A DNA stretch of 64,000 bases from Macrostomum lignano (taxonomy: Eukaryota), in assembly GCA_002269645.1 (NCBI GenBank), contig NIVC01000781.1, forward strand, positions 62,001 to 126,000. The letters run 5' to 3'. The notes beneath the pieces are model-generated. The model saw only the letters and a program-made list of their open reading frames with translations. It was not told where the DNA came from and ran no database searches. A program made the position numbers and the translations under genes. This document shows positions 43,501 to 54,810 of the stretch, in pieces. Numbering within the stretch: position 1 is the stretch's first letter; every line of letters begins with the position of its first letter.

Positions 43501-46500
43501 AGTCTATAGGCCATGTCAATAATTCCAATTTTTATCCACATGGATCCATGTCAATAATTTCTAGCTTATCTTCATAGCAGCTTATTGGAATAAAGAACCT
43601 TAAATAAATCTGTTCAAAAACAGTCTTTTTGTTTTCAATGTTTGACAAATCTTCCAAATGAACTACATGTACTGAATACTAAATAACATTGAATACTTTG
43701 TTAAAACTTTTTGTGATTAAAAAGGTTAATTTTAAATATTTAATTAGCTGCCGGCTTTGCTTAGAATGACCAAATGACTCAAAGATTATGGCAAATAAGA
43801 CCTGCAAAATTCAAAATTCAATACATACATGCGCAACCCCCCTGATTTACACTGGCCATGCGACTTACTTTTTGACCAAAAATGCGACTTACCTGTGAAA
43901 GAAACCCTAGAGCAAGATTAACACAATTTCGGGTAAACGGCAGGAGTAACTATAACTGTCTTAAAAGGGCTAAATGCCTTGTCATCTAATTAGCACTACG
44001 TCTGTATTTTTTGGGGTGGGCATTTTTGCGACTTACCCCTGGTCCACCACAATTTACGGTAGCCAGATCAGCTAGGTCGGCCAGCAGTTGCGCATGTATG
44101 ATTCAATATATAATAATAATGATAATATTACTATTAATAATGACTATATCAATTTAACGTAAGTACACAAAACTAAACACAAACAACTGCACCATCTTAG
44201 CCATGGGGATAAGCTGAAAATTATTGACATAGATCTGTGTAGATAAAATAGGAATTATTGGCACAGGACTGTAGGGATAAGCACTTCCTTTATTAATACT
44301 AATAGTAATAAGCAACAATTAGTCTATACTTTTTACTTAGAGTTATAATTATAAAATGAATTTAATAACATCATTCTTTTTCTATAATATATTATTATCA
44401 ATTTGACCAATATTATTAAGTATTTATAAATTTTTATTTTCTTCAGAATTAGAATCCCAAGATTCCTAACTATTAGGCCCTAGTAATACTATTATTAGGC
44501 CTAGTCTAGTGTTCCACCATAGCCTTAACTATGGCTACAGGATCCTAGGGCAAATATGGTAAAATAGGTGCCTACGGCAGCTACGGATACGCCTACAGTA
44601 GCTAGCTGCTCTTATGGCTATGACTACAGAAATATGGCAGTTGCTGTCATATTCCATAGATTCCATAGTGTGGATCATGCGAAGTGCACGCGAGAAACGA
44701 CCCAAAGCTAATTCCCAAAAGCACGCCGACGACAAGCGAATGCACACCTATGCACGCCGATGCATGCCTACATATTTTAAAACGTATTTTAAATACGTAA
44801 AAAACGTATTTTAAATTGCATTGTATAAAACAAAGCAACAAATGATGTACAAAAGAAATGATATATCTTTAAAAACATGTATTTCTCATACATTAATTTA
44901 TTTAATAGTCTTATACACTGTTTATTTACAATAGTTTTTTTCAAAAGTTAAATACAATAATACATATTTTATGTCTGCTTACCATTGCATTGGCAGCTTT
45001 GCCACATCAGGTGCCAGGCACACGGCACGCGGCGCACGCCAGGCACGCCAGTGTATTTATGTAGTGTGCATATTGCATGCCAAATGCACGCCACTTACCT
45101 AATTGCATGCCGGTGCACACCACTTTTGAAAATGCATGCGAGAAAATTCTTGCGTGTACTACATGATCTACACTATGGCATAGATTCCCGTAGCCGTAGT
45201 TATTAATATTAAAAAATTGAAAAAATATTAGAAACAGGTAGAATAAAACAAAGATACTTTTAGTAAACTGTATTATCAACCTAGAATTAGAAACTTATAA
45301 AATGTATCTAAAAAAGTACAATAAAAGACTAGCAAACTCTAATTTTAATTAATGTGAAAAAGTTTAGCGTTAGTACTTTCAGTAACGATTAAGTATTGTT
45401 GCTCTGAAAAAAGACAAAATATAATCTTACAAGGGCAATTGAGTGTTTCTTTTATTTTCTAACTTAATTTGCAGTCAGGGTTTTTTTTTGTGCGCAGAGT
45501 GTGCGTATGCACCCTAAATTTTAAAATCGCACCCTGAAATTAAAAAAGTAGGTGCGGTTTAGGTGCGGTCTTATAACCATTTTTCTTTAAAGGCTTAACC
45601 ATGCTTAAGCTATTTTTTATGCACTGCCTTAAAATATGAAACAAAATAACTCTTTAAATCCTATTAAGTCATATAGGCGATATAGCCTATAGCTATAGCC
45701 TTATGTAAGATATTAAAATATACATTCCCAGTTGTCTGAAATGTGAGCAATGTGAGGGTTTCACGAGAGATATTCAGACAAAGGCTCCCTAAAACACGCC
45801 CCGCACCGGGCCCCGAACTGCTACACATTATAACATTTTTTGTCAATGCAGTATTTGATTGCAAGGAAAAGTTAAAATAGTAATGGAATAAATATCTTTA
45901 TTTATTTTTTTAAATATTATTATTTTTTATATTCTCGTTTTTATTATTAAATTATAATATTATTATTTTATTAATATTATTATTAATATCACTTATTGTT
46001 CACCGAATTTTATATTTCAAAGTAAAAAAAACTAAATTTAATAAAAACTTGAAGCTTAACAGAAAACGCATTCTGAAGTGTCTTTAGTTATAGTCCAATT
46101 TGTTTTAATGTGTAGCGCTGCAGGGTGGTGCGGGGCGTGTTTTAGAGAGACCCATTCAGACAGACATTCAAAATGATTGTCTGTAACTTCAAACAAAATT
46201 GACCCGCTTCAACCATCTTTTTGGCAAATACTTACGCAAGTGTTGGGCGTCAAATAAGCTTTAATTTATTAACTGAAGTAAAAATCCTTCTGACATACAT
46301 TGATTTAAAAATTGCTTAGCAACACTAGCTCTGATTAGAAATCGCTTTACTGTTGACTAAAATTGTTTTGATCGTAGCAGCCTAAAAGCAGATACTGGAT
46401 TTAAAAATGCTTCGATTTACTCTATACGCATGTCTCAGCTTCAAAATGACACCTCAGGCGTCGCAAAAGACAGCCTTGATGCTGAGATATTCGACACTAA

Positions 46501-48805
46501 ACATGCATTGCTTTGCGCAATCTCACATTCAGAAATTTCACTGATTTTTTGTCGATATTTGTGCAGTTGCCATGTCCTTGTTTTTCATCAGAATCTTATC
46601 AAATTCTAGTCATGTCTATACGCATGTCTCAGCTTTAAAATGACACCTCAGGCATTGCAAAAGACAGCTTTGATGCTGAGATATTCGACACTAAACATTG
46701 CTTTGCTCAAACTCACATTCGGAAACTTCACTGATTTTTATTCAATATTTGTTCAGATGCTTGTCTACTTCTCCATTTATTAACCATCGCATGGAGCCTT
46801 GCTAACGTACAAGTGTATGTAGTTACAGTAAATGGGGTTTTTGTGACTCACTTAAACTTGTTTACGCATTCTACAGCTATTCGCCGCCTTTCATTGGAGT
46901 GATTCATGGAGTCCAGTTGATAAATTTCCACAAATTGGACTGCTTCTACGTCAGATCTCAACATTTGGAACCGTCCTTGAACTATTTCAGAGTTAAGTGA
47001 GCTAATGGCATCAAATGGAAGGCTAGTGCTCGTACTTGTAAGTGAAGCAGGTTCACAATTGAAATGGTTGTATTCATGGCCATGGGATCTAAACTGATCT
47101 GTTTTACTTTCACGATCGCTTTGGTCTCAGAAGGAGCAGTCAGTTGATGGACTGAGGTGAGAAGAAGATGTGTCACGACTTGAGCTGTTTTTAGAAAATA
47201 TCTTTATCCAATTAAATATTTTCATGCGGCTCCTTAGGTTGTTCCGAATTCCGAGTCTAGAAGTCAAGACAGAAAAAAAGTTAAGAACTGCTACTGTAGT
47301 CCGTAGGGATTGGAAAGCTTAGCAGTACATTAGAAATCGCCTGTTCAATCTAAAAAGTTTGAAGTACATATAGCTATTGGGTTGCAACAACAGTAGAAAA
47401 AATTCTTTTTATTTTATTCCCACCGCTTACCTCATTCCGATTTGGATAGCAGAATTGCCACGCAAAAAAAGTAAAAACATAACAATAAACTATTTGCTTC
47501 ATATTAATTGCCACTGACTGTTAATAAACGCGACGTCAATTTCTCTCAATAACAGTTGGAACATGTTTCTTGTACACTCGTATATTTATTTGAACCGCAA
47601 AGCGGTGAAAAAGTCATGATTGGTTGCCATATGTACAAATGTACACTCACAGACTCACTGACTCAGGTACAATCTATGCAATATAAAGGCAGGAATCATT
47701 AAAAATCAAATACTTAAGACAGTTTAAGAGAAGTCCAGGTTTAAACTGGACATGACTAGAATTTGACAAGTTTCTAATGAAAAACAAGGACACGGCAGCT
47801 GCACAAATATCGACAAAAAATCAGTGAAATTTCTGAATGTGAGATTGCGCAAAGCAATGCATGTTTAGTGTCGAATATCTCAGCATCAAAGCTGTCTTTT
47901 GCGACGCCTGAGGTGTCATTTTAAAGCTGAGACATGCGTATAGAGTAAATCGAAGCATTTTTAAATCCAGTATCTGCTTTTAGGCTGCTACGATCAAAAC
48001 AATTTTAGTCAACAGTAAAGCGATTTCTAATCAGAGCTAGTGTTGCTAAGCAATTTTTAAATCAATGTATGTCAGAAGGATTTTTACTTCAGTTAATAAA
48101 TTAAAGCTTATTTGACGCCCAACACTTGCGTAAGTATTTGCCAAAAAGATGGTTGAAGTGGGTCAATTTTGTTTAAAGTTACAGACGATCGTTTCGAATG
48201 TCTGTCTGAATATCTCTCGTGAAACCCTCACATTCTAAACAAGACTCAAGAGAAATTGCACTCTGAGCCTTAAAATCGCACCTTGAAATTTGGCACAAGG
48301 TGCGATTTCGCACCTTATCTCTGGCGAAAAAAAAAACCCAGTTTGCAGTAGTTTAAGCACTAGGTTATCTTCTTGATTCAAAATATTTTGTTTTTAGACT
48401 TTTTGTTAAAACTATGGCTATGGCTACGGGAACTATGGGAATATGGTAATTTTGGGGTCCCTACAGCTACAGGAATATGGAGAATTGGAATAAGCTGTAG
48501 TTTTGCTTATGGCTACGGCTATGGTACATGGACCCTCCTTACGGCGGAACACTAGCCTAGTCATTATTAGTCCCTATTCAATAGATAGAAAACTGAATAA
48601 TACATAAGGGAACAAATATAATAATACATTCATGCAATGATACTTAATGAAGACTAAGTAAAGAAATCTAAAAACTACAAGCTCAATATTCCAACTTACT
48701 TCGATACTTCTCCCAGGCCTCAACTCTTTCTGAGTTTTGAAGACAGAGCTCATCACAAAGCTCATTGAAAGTACGTTCTAAAGGTTCTTCATCCTCGAAG
48801 TCCAT
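31566..48805 (-). CDS. RBL: Retinoblastoma-family pocket protein (p107/p130/RBF-like), ~869 aa. Exons 48700-48805, 38583-39067, 37054-37473, 35799-36125, 34791-35117, 33722-33952, 32489-32908, 31566-31859
   Basis: N-terminal F.ELC.EL...AW..Y and NYSLDGEPMQWLVCSLF. Later motifs DDLVNCHLLL, pocket A (TLFYMTLDAIL...HLFK|IVESLI...DSLAW...SPLW), pocket B (AFYRHL...RNRHLDHVIACGLF...DIIQFYNAVF) and C-terminal GYNF..SSDKDVQAIN. All seven introns are GT-AG and in phase (2610 nt total). Confidence 0.93.
31945..32428. repeat. 22/23-bp minisatellite (ACAGAGCCTCTGACACC[C/T]CATA) in RBL intron 7
   Basis: Directly visible; more degenerate copies at the left edge. Confidence 0.95.
33028..33560. repeat. 20-bp minisatellite (GGAGGGAATTCAGTAACTAG) in RBL intron 6
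   Basis: Directly visible. Confidence 0.96.
34103..34735. repeat. Near-perfect 15-bp minisatellite (GCACCAGAGGCGCCA, ~38 identical units) in RBL intron 5
   Basis: Directly visible; stop-free in all six frames. Confidence 0.99.
35200..35625. repeat. 20-bp minisatellite (GAGGGAATTAAGTGACTAGG) in RBL intron 4
   Basis: Directly visible; related to the intron 6 unit. Confidence 0.93.
36285..36945. repeat. 33-bp minisatellite (AGGTTAAGGTTAAGCAGGGGTAGAAGAGGGAGT) in RBL intron 3
   Basis: Directly visible. Confidence 0.95.
37650..38430. repeat. 21-bp minisatellite (ACTGTAGGATTAGGAAGAACC) in RBL intron 2
   Basis: Directly visible. Confidence 0.96.
39137..39312 (-). mobile_element. Truncated/degenerate copy of the 28S-fragment hAT MITE family
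   Basis: Shares AAGT(C/T)GCA, CCCACCC and TTTTTGACCA-type internal motifs and the 28S-like segment (39184-39246) with the complete copies. TIR and TSD were not recovered. Confidence 0.7.
40952..41270 (+). mobile_element. hAT-type MITE copy 1 (TIR CATACATG[T/C]GCAAC) carrying a 28S rDNA-like segment
   Basis: Perfect 8-bp TSD GTTTGGTG (40944-40951, 41271-41278). The rDNA-like segment is at 41091-41154. Confidence 0.9.
42841..43138 (-). mobile_element. hAT-type MITE copy 2 (inverted relative to copy 1)
   Basis: 14-bp perfect TIR CATACATGCGCAAC/GTTGCGCATGTATG and 8-bp TSD TTAAAGAT (42833-42840, 43139-43146). The rDNA-like segment is at 42948-43011. Confidence 0.93.
43824..44100 (+). mobile_element. 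hAT-type MITE copy 3
   Basis: Same perfect 14-bp TIR and 8-bp TSD ATTCAATA (43816-43823, 44101-44108). The rDNA-like segment is at 43930-43993. Confidence 0.93.
44527..45201. mobile_element. Foldback/MITE-like element with nested inverted repeats
   Basis: Outer IR AACTATGGCTACAGGA (44527) / TCCCGTAGCCGTAGTT (45186-45201). Inner ~33-bp IR CCATAGTGTGGATCATGC...GAGAA (44663-44696) / TTCTTG...GATCTACACTATGG (45147-45178). A related CTATGGCTAC tract lies at 48411-48530. Confidence 0.6.
45749..48234. mobile_element. Long-inverted-repeat element (~486-bp arms) nested in the hAT
   Basis: The left arm (45749-45780 + 46163-46616) is the reverse complement of 47749-48234 with only scattered mismatches. 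No TSD was found. Confidence 0.8.
45781..46153. mobile_element. 373-bp MITE with 9-bp TSD (Mutator-like) inserted in the left long IR
   Basis: TSD ATTCAGACA (45772-45780, 46154-46162) and TIR core CT[C]CTAAAACACGCCCCGCACC. The uninterrupted right arm provides the empty site. Confidence 0.88.
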
Positions 48806-51800
48806 AGCGCTCCACTAAATTATTGTTAGTTGATAGTTAAAAATCAAAACGCAATTTTACCGAGCAATGCACCTTTTATCTTTCAGATTTTTTACGTTTT
48901 CCAAGAGAGATTCGCACGGCTAAAAAATACAAAATGGTGGCTAAACTAAAACAAAAGGAAAATGTTTTTTTGAATCAGAATTTTCTTTTTTTGTAGCTAA
49001 ATAATAAAACTAATTTATTAGTTTTTAATCAACACAAAAGTTTTTTCATTTCTCAGCTAATTGAGCACTGGACTTTTCGCACTTGTGGATTCAAATTCGC
49101 AGATGCAGATTATCTCAATTAGTATTTTGAATAAATACTAAATACATCGGATTATACCTTGGCATAACAGGCTCCTTAAGCCTGAGCCAAATCTACTACT
49201 ACTACTCAGTAAACTGCGTTAAAATTGAAAGCGTATCTGCTTTCTGGAGAACAAGCCATTTATTTATTTTGAATTGAATTTTGAATAATGGCAGTTAATA
49301 ATCTTAGCTAGGGTTCTTTTACACTAGAAGTAGGCGGATAGTTGCAGTGCTAGCTATATAGCGCCAAATATTCATCCGTATCAAAAAGTCACAGTGAGAT
49401 CTTTCTGGACCGTTGGATTAATAAAAAAATAGGCCTATGGCTATGTATATCGGTGGATGTGTTGTCAAAGTTATCTGATATTTTAGTACCAAAAATTAAA
49501 TACAAATATTTTTACCATTTTATGCATACTGTACTGTAGTGCTAGTGCAGTGCAGTGTACAGTACAGTAAAGCTTTTTGAATTGCTGTCTATTGTGTGGT
49601 GCGTCAAGTGTCAAGTCTTGGCTACTACCTAAGTCAAGGTCCTATAAAAATTGTTCTCATGAGAACTCATTTGACATTTGTCAAAAAATTTAAGTGTATG
49701 GATATTTACATAAATTAAAAATTTACTTGCATATGCTACTCTTGGTTTTACCTAGAAACTTAGTTGTCATAGGATTGGTTTTGAGCCTAGGAATATACAC
49801 TTTACTATTTAGGCCATAGTCAAATACTAGCCCACAGTATAGCTATGGTATACCTAGTAGCTATAAGAGCATATGCTGGTTTAAATTCCTAAGTTCTTAG
49901 GCTATGTTTTTGTTTAGATATTGCCCACTGTGCCGACTACCATTGACTTGACTCACTTGAGGGGTTGTGTGTTTGCCATTGATTCAATGTTGAGTCTTTT
50001 TCAGGCTAATGGATATCAATTCAATGGCAAACAGTTGACATGTTTTTGACACTTATTTGACATGTATTTGACTACCTCTCCTCTGATTTGACACATATTT
50101 GACACACATTTAACATTTAATATCATTGATATTATATATATACGTATGTATATGTAAACATGTGGCACATGTTTTTGTAGACCTTGATCGTGACAAAAAC
50201 AGAATAATTTATAGTAGCTAATTGCACATTCTATTAATATCTGAAACAAAGAAATGCAAGAAAATTTTTTTATAGATTTTCAGTAATTTTAACAAAGTGC
50301 AAAAAAATTCCATGGTAATAGCAAAAGGTTTGGTTAGGTCCAGAGCAACATGTATTTGCTAATTAAAATAACAATATGCACAAATTATACCATAATTAAA
50401 TTTGCACTTTGAGTTACAAAACAAGTGCTTAGCAGCATTTATTGAAGGTGCTAACCAAAGCTTCAATGTCAGTTCAGGTTTCTTGCTCTTGCTCAGCTCA
50501 GGTTGTTCATGTCCACAGTCAGTCTTGTTATTTAGCAACCAGTGTGGCCAACTCCTTGTCTTTATAGTGAAAGATTCTTTAATCGATTGCGTACAAACAA
50601 ACAACTCATTTTTAGTATATAGGATTAATTACCATTATGAAGCTAGCTGAAATGTGTTCAATTCAAAACAGAAAGTCTATAAATACAAAAAATATATGTA
50701 TATATAATTTGTTAAATGACTATATAAATAAAAAGTGATAATTAGACATTTATACAAAACAATATGCACATTTAAGGTATAATTTCTAAAACATAGCATG
50801 TTGTTTGCATCTACTGCATAGAAACATACTCACTAGCCCTACTCAGAGAGGAGTTGAAAAATGTTTGATCTAAAAGGATTGATATATATATTTATAGAAA
50901 ATATAAGCCACAACTAGTCCTTCTCTGGATATCCTTCTTTTTAGTAACTTTCTACTGTTCTACTGGTTGCTATTATTAGACTTATTTAATCTTAAAGTTT
51001 TTCTACAATATTTATTATAGTTGTAAATTATTCATAATAAGCATAAACAGACTAGCAGTAGGAACTAGACCTAGAAGTAGATCTAGTAGATGTGTCCTAG
51101 GGCTTACTTCTGTCCTCCAACTATCTTACTAACTGCCACCAAAGTTGTAACAAGGCTATTTCTTCTTACTGAAATTATCCCTCTGCTGACGCCAAGTAGT
51201 TATAGGTTTTTAATTTCCCTTATTAAATTTCTATTGCTGACACTAGATCTTGCCTTAATGTTTCTAACAGTTTCTCATATATTTTCTGGGTAGTGTTCTT
51301 GGTAGTGTTCTGGTAGCATTCTTAGTATATTAGTCTGGTAGCATTCTTAGTATATGGTATGGTAGCATTCTTAGTATATGGCCTGAGCGGTCTTACTGGT
51401 ATATGTACTTTCTCTCTTTCTCTAGTCTGGGCGTTACCAAGATTAGAGGGTCACAGCGATTACTCTTAGTATTAATTCCCTTTGCGTGAATTCCCAATCC
51501 TGACTTTCAATACTTCTTAAAATGAGCAACGATCTGAGAATGGTTTATCGAACATTTTTTGAGCTTATAGCTAACGAACAAGTTATCTTTTACTGCCTAC
51601 AATTCTCTTCCTTTTATACTAGTTGATTGCATGTATTTTAAACAAATTGTTACAAGTTGAAAATATTTTGAGTATTAAAACAACAAATATAAATTTCGTG
51701 CTAATTTGAAAAACGAGTTCATAAGAAACAAGGTACCGCTACCACAGATGGAGCAATTCCCCAAGGGCAAGAAGTATTTGCTATATAAACAATTAGCATA

Positions 51801-52100
51801 ACTAGATAACACAGGGCCTAGTATATAGCATAATGAATAATTGTAATAAGGTACATAGTGTTTATTATACCCAAGTTTTAGTAAATTTTGTATATTCCAA
51901 TCCTAATAACTAGGTGCTTTTTTAAAAAACTCGTATTTAGTGTAAACGCTATCTCAAATTCTTATAAAGTATATATTTTTCGTTTTCCTAGGCTTAATTA
52001 TTTTTTACATTATCTTTTATTTCATGCAGACAATCAGTGGCCCCCAAAAAAGAGGTGAGGCCTAAAAAGTGAACTAATACAACACTCTCATCAAATTGAC

Positions 52101-53766
52101 ATGGATCTGTATATTGACTGTCCACTTGGGCCCACCTTGAGACTGTCTGCATCGCCATGCGACACTGTGCTATCAGTGAAGCTGCGCCTGCAAGCGCTTC
52201 TGTGCAACAGTCTGCCAGCCAATCAGCAGCGACTTGTCTGGCGTACCTGCGAACTTGTCAATGAGCGACAACTAAGCGACTATAGCCTTGAATCTGGCTG
52301 CACTATTAAACTACTGCCGCGTCTGTTTGCAGGCCCAACTAATATGCAGCAGCTGCCGTCTGCTTCTGCGCTTCAGCAGCAACAGCAGCAGCTCTTAGCT
52401 CTTCAGGCTTATCGATTGACGGTGAGGTAGCATTTGGATGGGCTTTATTGGAACTAGAAGGGGATCAGTTTTTGCTCCTATTGTCAGCAAGATCCCTTTT
52501 GTCTACCTGCTGACTGAGATTTACCGTTATTTCACACTATCCACAGTTTATTGCACACAGTCCACGCTATTTCCCTGAATTCCATGCTGACTGGGATTTC
52601 CCTGTATTGCCCGCTGACTAGGATTTCTTTGCGTTTTACGCTAACTACTTTTTTCTTTATCCTCTGCCGACTGGGATTTCCCTCTATTCCACGCTGGTTG
52701 GGATTTCTCTCTATTCCACGCTGGCTGGGATTTCTCTCTATTTCACGCTGGCTGGGATTTCCCTCTATTCCACGCTGGTTGGGATTTCCCTCTATTCCAC
52801 GCTGGCTTGGATTTCCCTCTATTCCACGCTGGCTGGGATTTCTCTCTATTTCACGCTGGCTGGGATTTCCCTCTATTCCACGCTGGTTGGGATTTCCCTC
52901 TATTCCACGCTGGCTTGGATTTCCCTCTATTCCACTCTGACTGGGGTTTCCCTCTATTCTAGGCTGAATGGGGTTTCCCTCTTTTGTAGGCTTGTCGGGA
53001 TTTCCGTTTATTCCACACTGGTTGGGAATTCTATTCCACGCTGCCTGGGATTTCCCTCTATTCTAGGCTGAATGGGATTTCCCTCTATTCTGGGTTTCCC
53101 TCTATTCCACGCTGGCTGGGATTTCCGTTGCGTTTACTAAACAGCTTATTTAGCTCATCAGTGCTAATTTACTCGCAGATGGAGCAGCAACAATTGCAGC
53201 AGCAGTTACAACAGCATCATCAGCAACCGGTGCTACCAACAACAAGCTACTCTGCCACAATGCCAGTCGGTTACTATCTAGTCTATTGCTTGCGCCCATC
53301 TAATAACAGGGACGGTATTAGCAGTGTAGGCGGCGGCGGCAGCGTAGGCGGAGGCGGCGGCAGCGTAGGCGGGGGCGGCGGCGTCGGCTTTGATCTGGTC
53401 TGCGTGTCCTACTGCTTAGCAACTGCAACAACGTCGACAGCAATAATAGCAAATAGTGCCAATGAGGCCCAGACTTCCACTAGCAGCAGCAGCAGCAGTT
53501 CACCCAAATCCCAACCAGATTTGTTGCACATCTCTCAGGTAGACGCTCGAGATTCGGTCAATCCAAGAAGCGTCGATCGTTGCCAAGCTTGTGGACGACG
53601 AACCGGTCCGTCGTCGAGTTTCGAATGTCGCTGCGGTCGGATCTATTGCGCCAGGCACCGTTACCCGGAGAGCCACTCGTGCAGCTTCGATTTTAAAGAG
53701 CAGGGTCGGCAACTCCTGCGCGAATCGAATCCCAGGGTATTGGCGCCTAAATTGCAGCGCATCTGA
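52101..53766 (+). CDS. ZFAND4: Ubiquitin-like + AN1 zinc-finger protein (ZFAND4/ANUBL1-like), ~302 aa. Exons 52101-52421 and 53179-53766
   Basis: N-terminal UBL (DTVLSVKLRLQ...QQRLVW...LSDYSLESGCTIKLLPRL) and C-terminal AN1 finger CQACGRR...CRCGRIYCARHRYPESHSCSFDFK...NP.V.APKLQRI. The intron is phase 0, GT-AG. Confidence 0.88.
52655..53128. repeat. 27-bp minisatellite (CTGGGATTTCCCTCTATTCCACGCTGG) in the ZFAND4-like intron
   Basis: Directly visible. Confidence 0.95.
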
Positions 53767-53861
53767 TTTTTGCAATGCGCATGCTGGACTTTGGCGGGGC
53801 CGCAACGGACTTTGGATACGCTTGGTTTGTTTGAATGCTTCACGATTGGGACTAGGGCCAG

Positions 53862-54810
53862 GTTAACACCTGGAACCAGTGATAGTTGAACACCTGGAAT
53901 CAGTGATAGTTTAATACCTGGAATCAGTGATATTTGAACACCTGGAATCAGTGATAGTTTAATACCTGGAATCAGTGAGTTTAACACCTGGAATCAGTGA
54001 TAGTTTAACACCTGGAATCAGTGATAGTTTAACACCTGGAACCAGTGATAGTTGAACACCTGGAATCAGTGATATTTTAACACCTGGAATCAGTGATAGT
54101 TTAATACCTGGAACCAGTGATATTTGAACACCTGGAATCAGTGATATTTTAACACCTGGAATCAGTGATAGTTTAATACCTGGAATCAGTGATAGTTTAA
54201 TACCTGGAATCAGTGATAGTTTAACACCTGGAATCAGTGATAGTTTAACACCTGGAACCAGTGATAGTTGAACACCTGGAATCAGTGATATTTTAACACC
54301 TGGAATCAGTGATAGTTTAATACCTGGAATCAGTGATAGTTTAATACCTGGAATCAGTGATAGTTTAACACCTGGAATCAGTGATAGTTTAACACCTGGA
54401 ACCAGTGATAGTTGAACACCTGGAATCAGTGATATTTTAACACCTGGAATCAGTGATAGTTTAATACCTGGAACCAGTGATATTTGAACACCTGGAATCA
54501 GTGATATTTGAACACCTGGAATCAGTGATATTTTAACACCTGGAATCAGTGATTTTTGAACACCTGGAATCAGTGATAGTTGAACACCTGGAATCAGTGA
54601 TATTTTAACACCTGGAATCAGTGATAGTTGAACACCTGGAACCAGTGATAGTTGAACACCTGGAATCAGTGATAGTTGAACACCTGGAACCAGTGATAGT
54701 TGAACACCTGGAATCAGTGATAGTTGAACACCTGGAATCAGTGATAGTTGAACACCTGGAATCAGTGATAGTTGAACACCTGGAATCGGTGATAGTTGAA
54801 CACCTGGAAA
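53862..54810. repeat. 24-bp minisatellite (ACACCTGGAATCAGTGATAGTT[G/T]A) 3' of the ZFAND4-like stop
   Basis: Directly visible. Confidence 0.97.

Larger units (their letters stand above)
45476..48341. mobile_element. Non-autonomous hAT element (2.87 kb) containing nested elements
   Basis: Termini CAGGGTTTTTTTTT / AAAAAAAAACCCAG, perfect 8-bp TSD TTTGCAGT (45468-45475, 48342-48349), and shared subterminal AAATCGCACC/GGTGCG motifs. Confidence 0.88.

Noticed and set aside
39184-43993. Functional rRNA gene, or H/ACA or C/D snoRNA guide for H69
   Set aside because: Only ~63 nt match, the H69 stem is disrupted in most copies, no box motifs were seen, and the segments sit inside TIR/TSD-bounded MITEs in both orientations.
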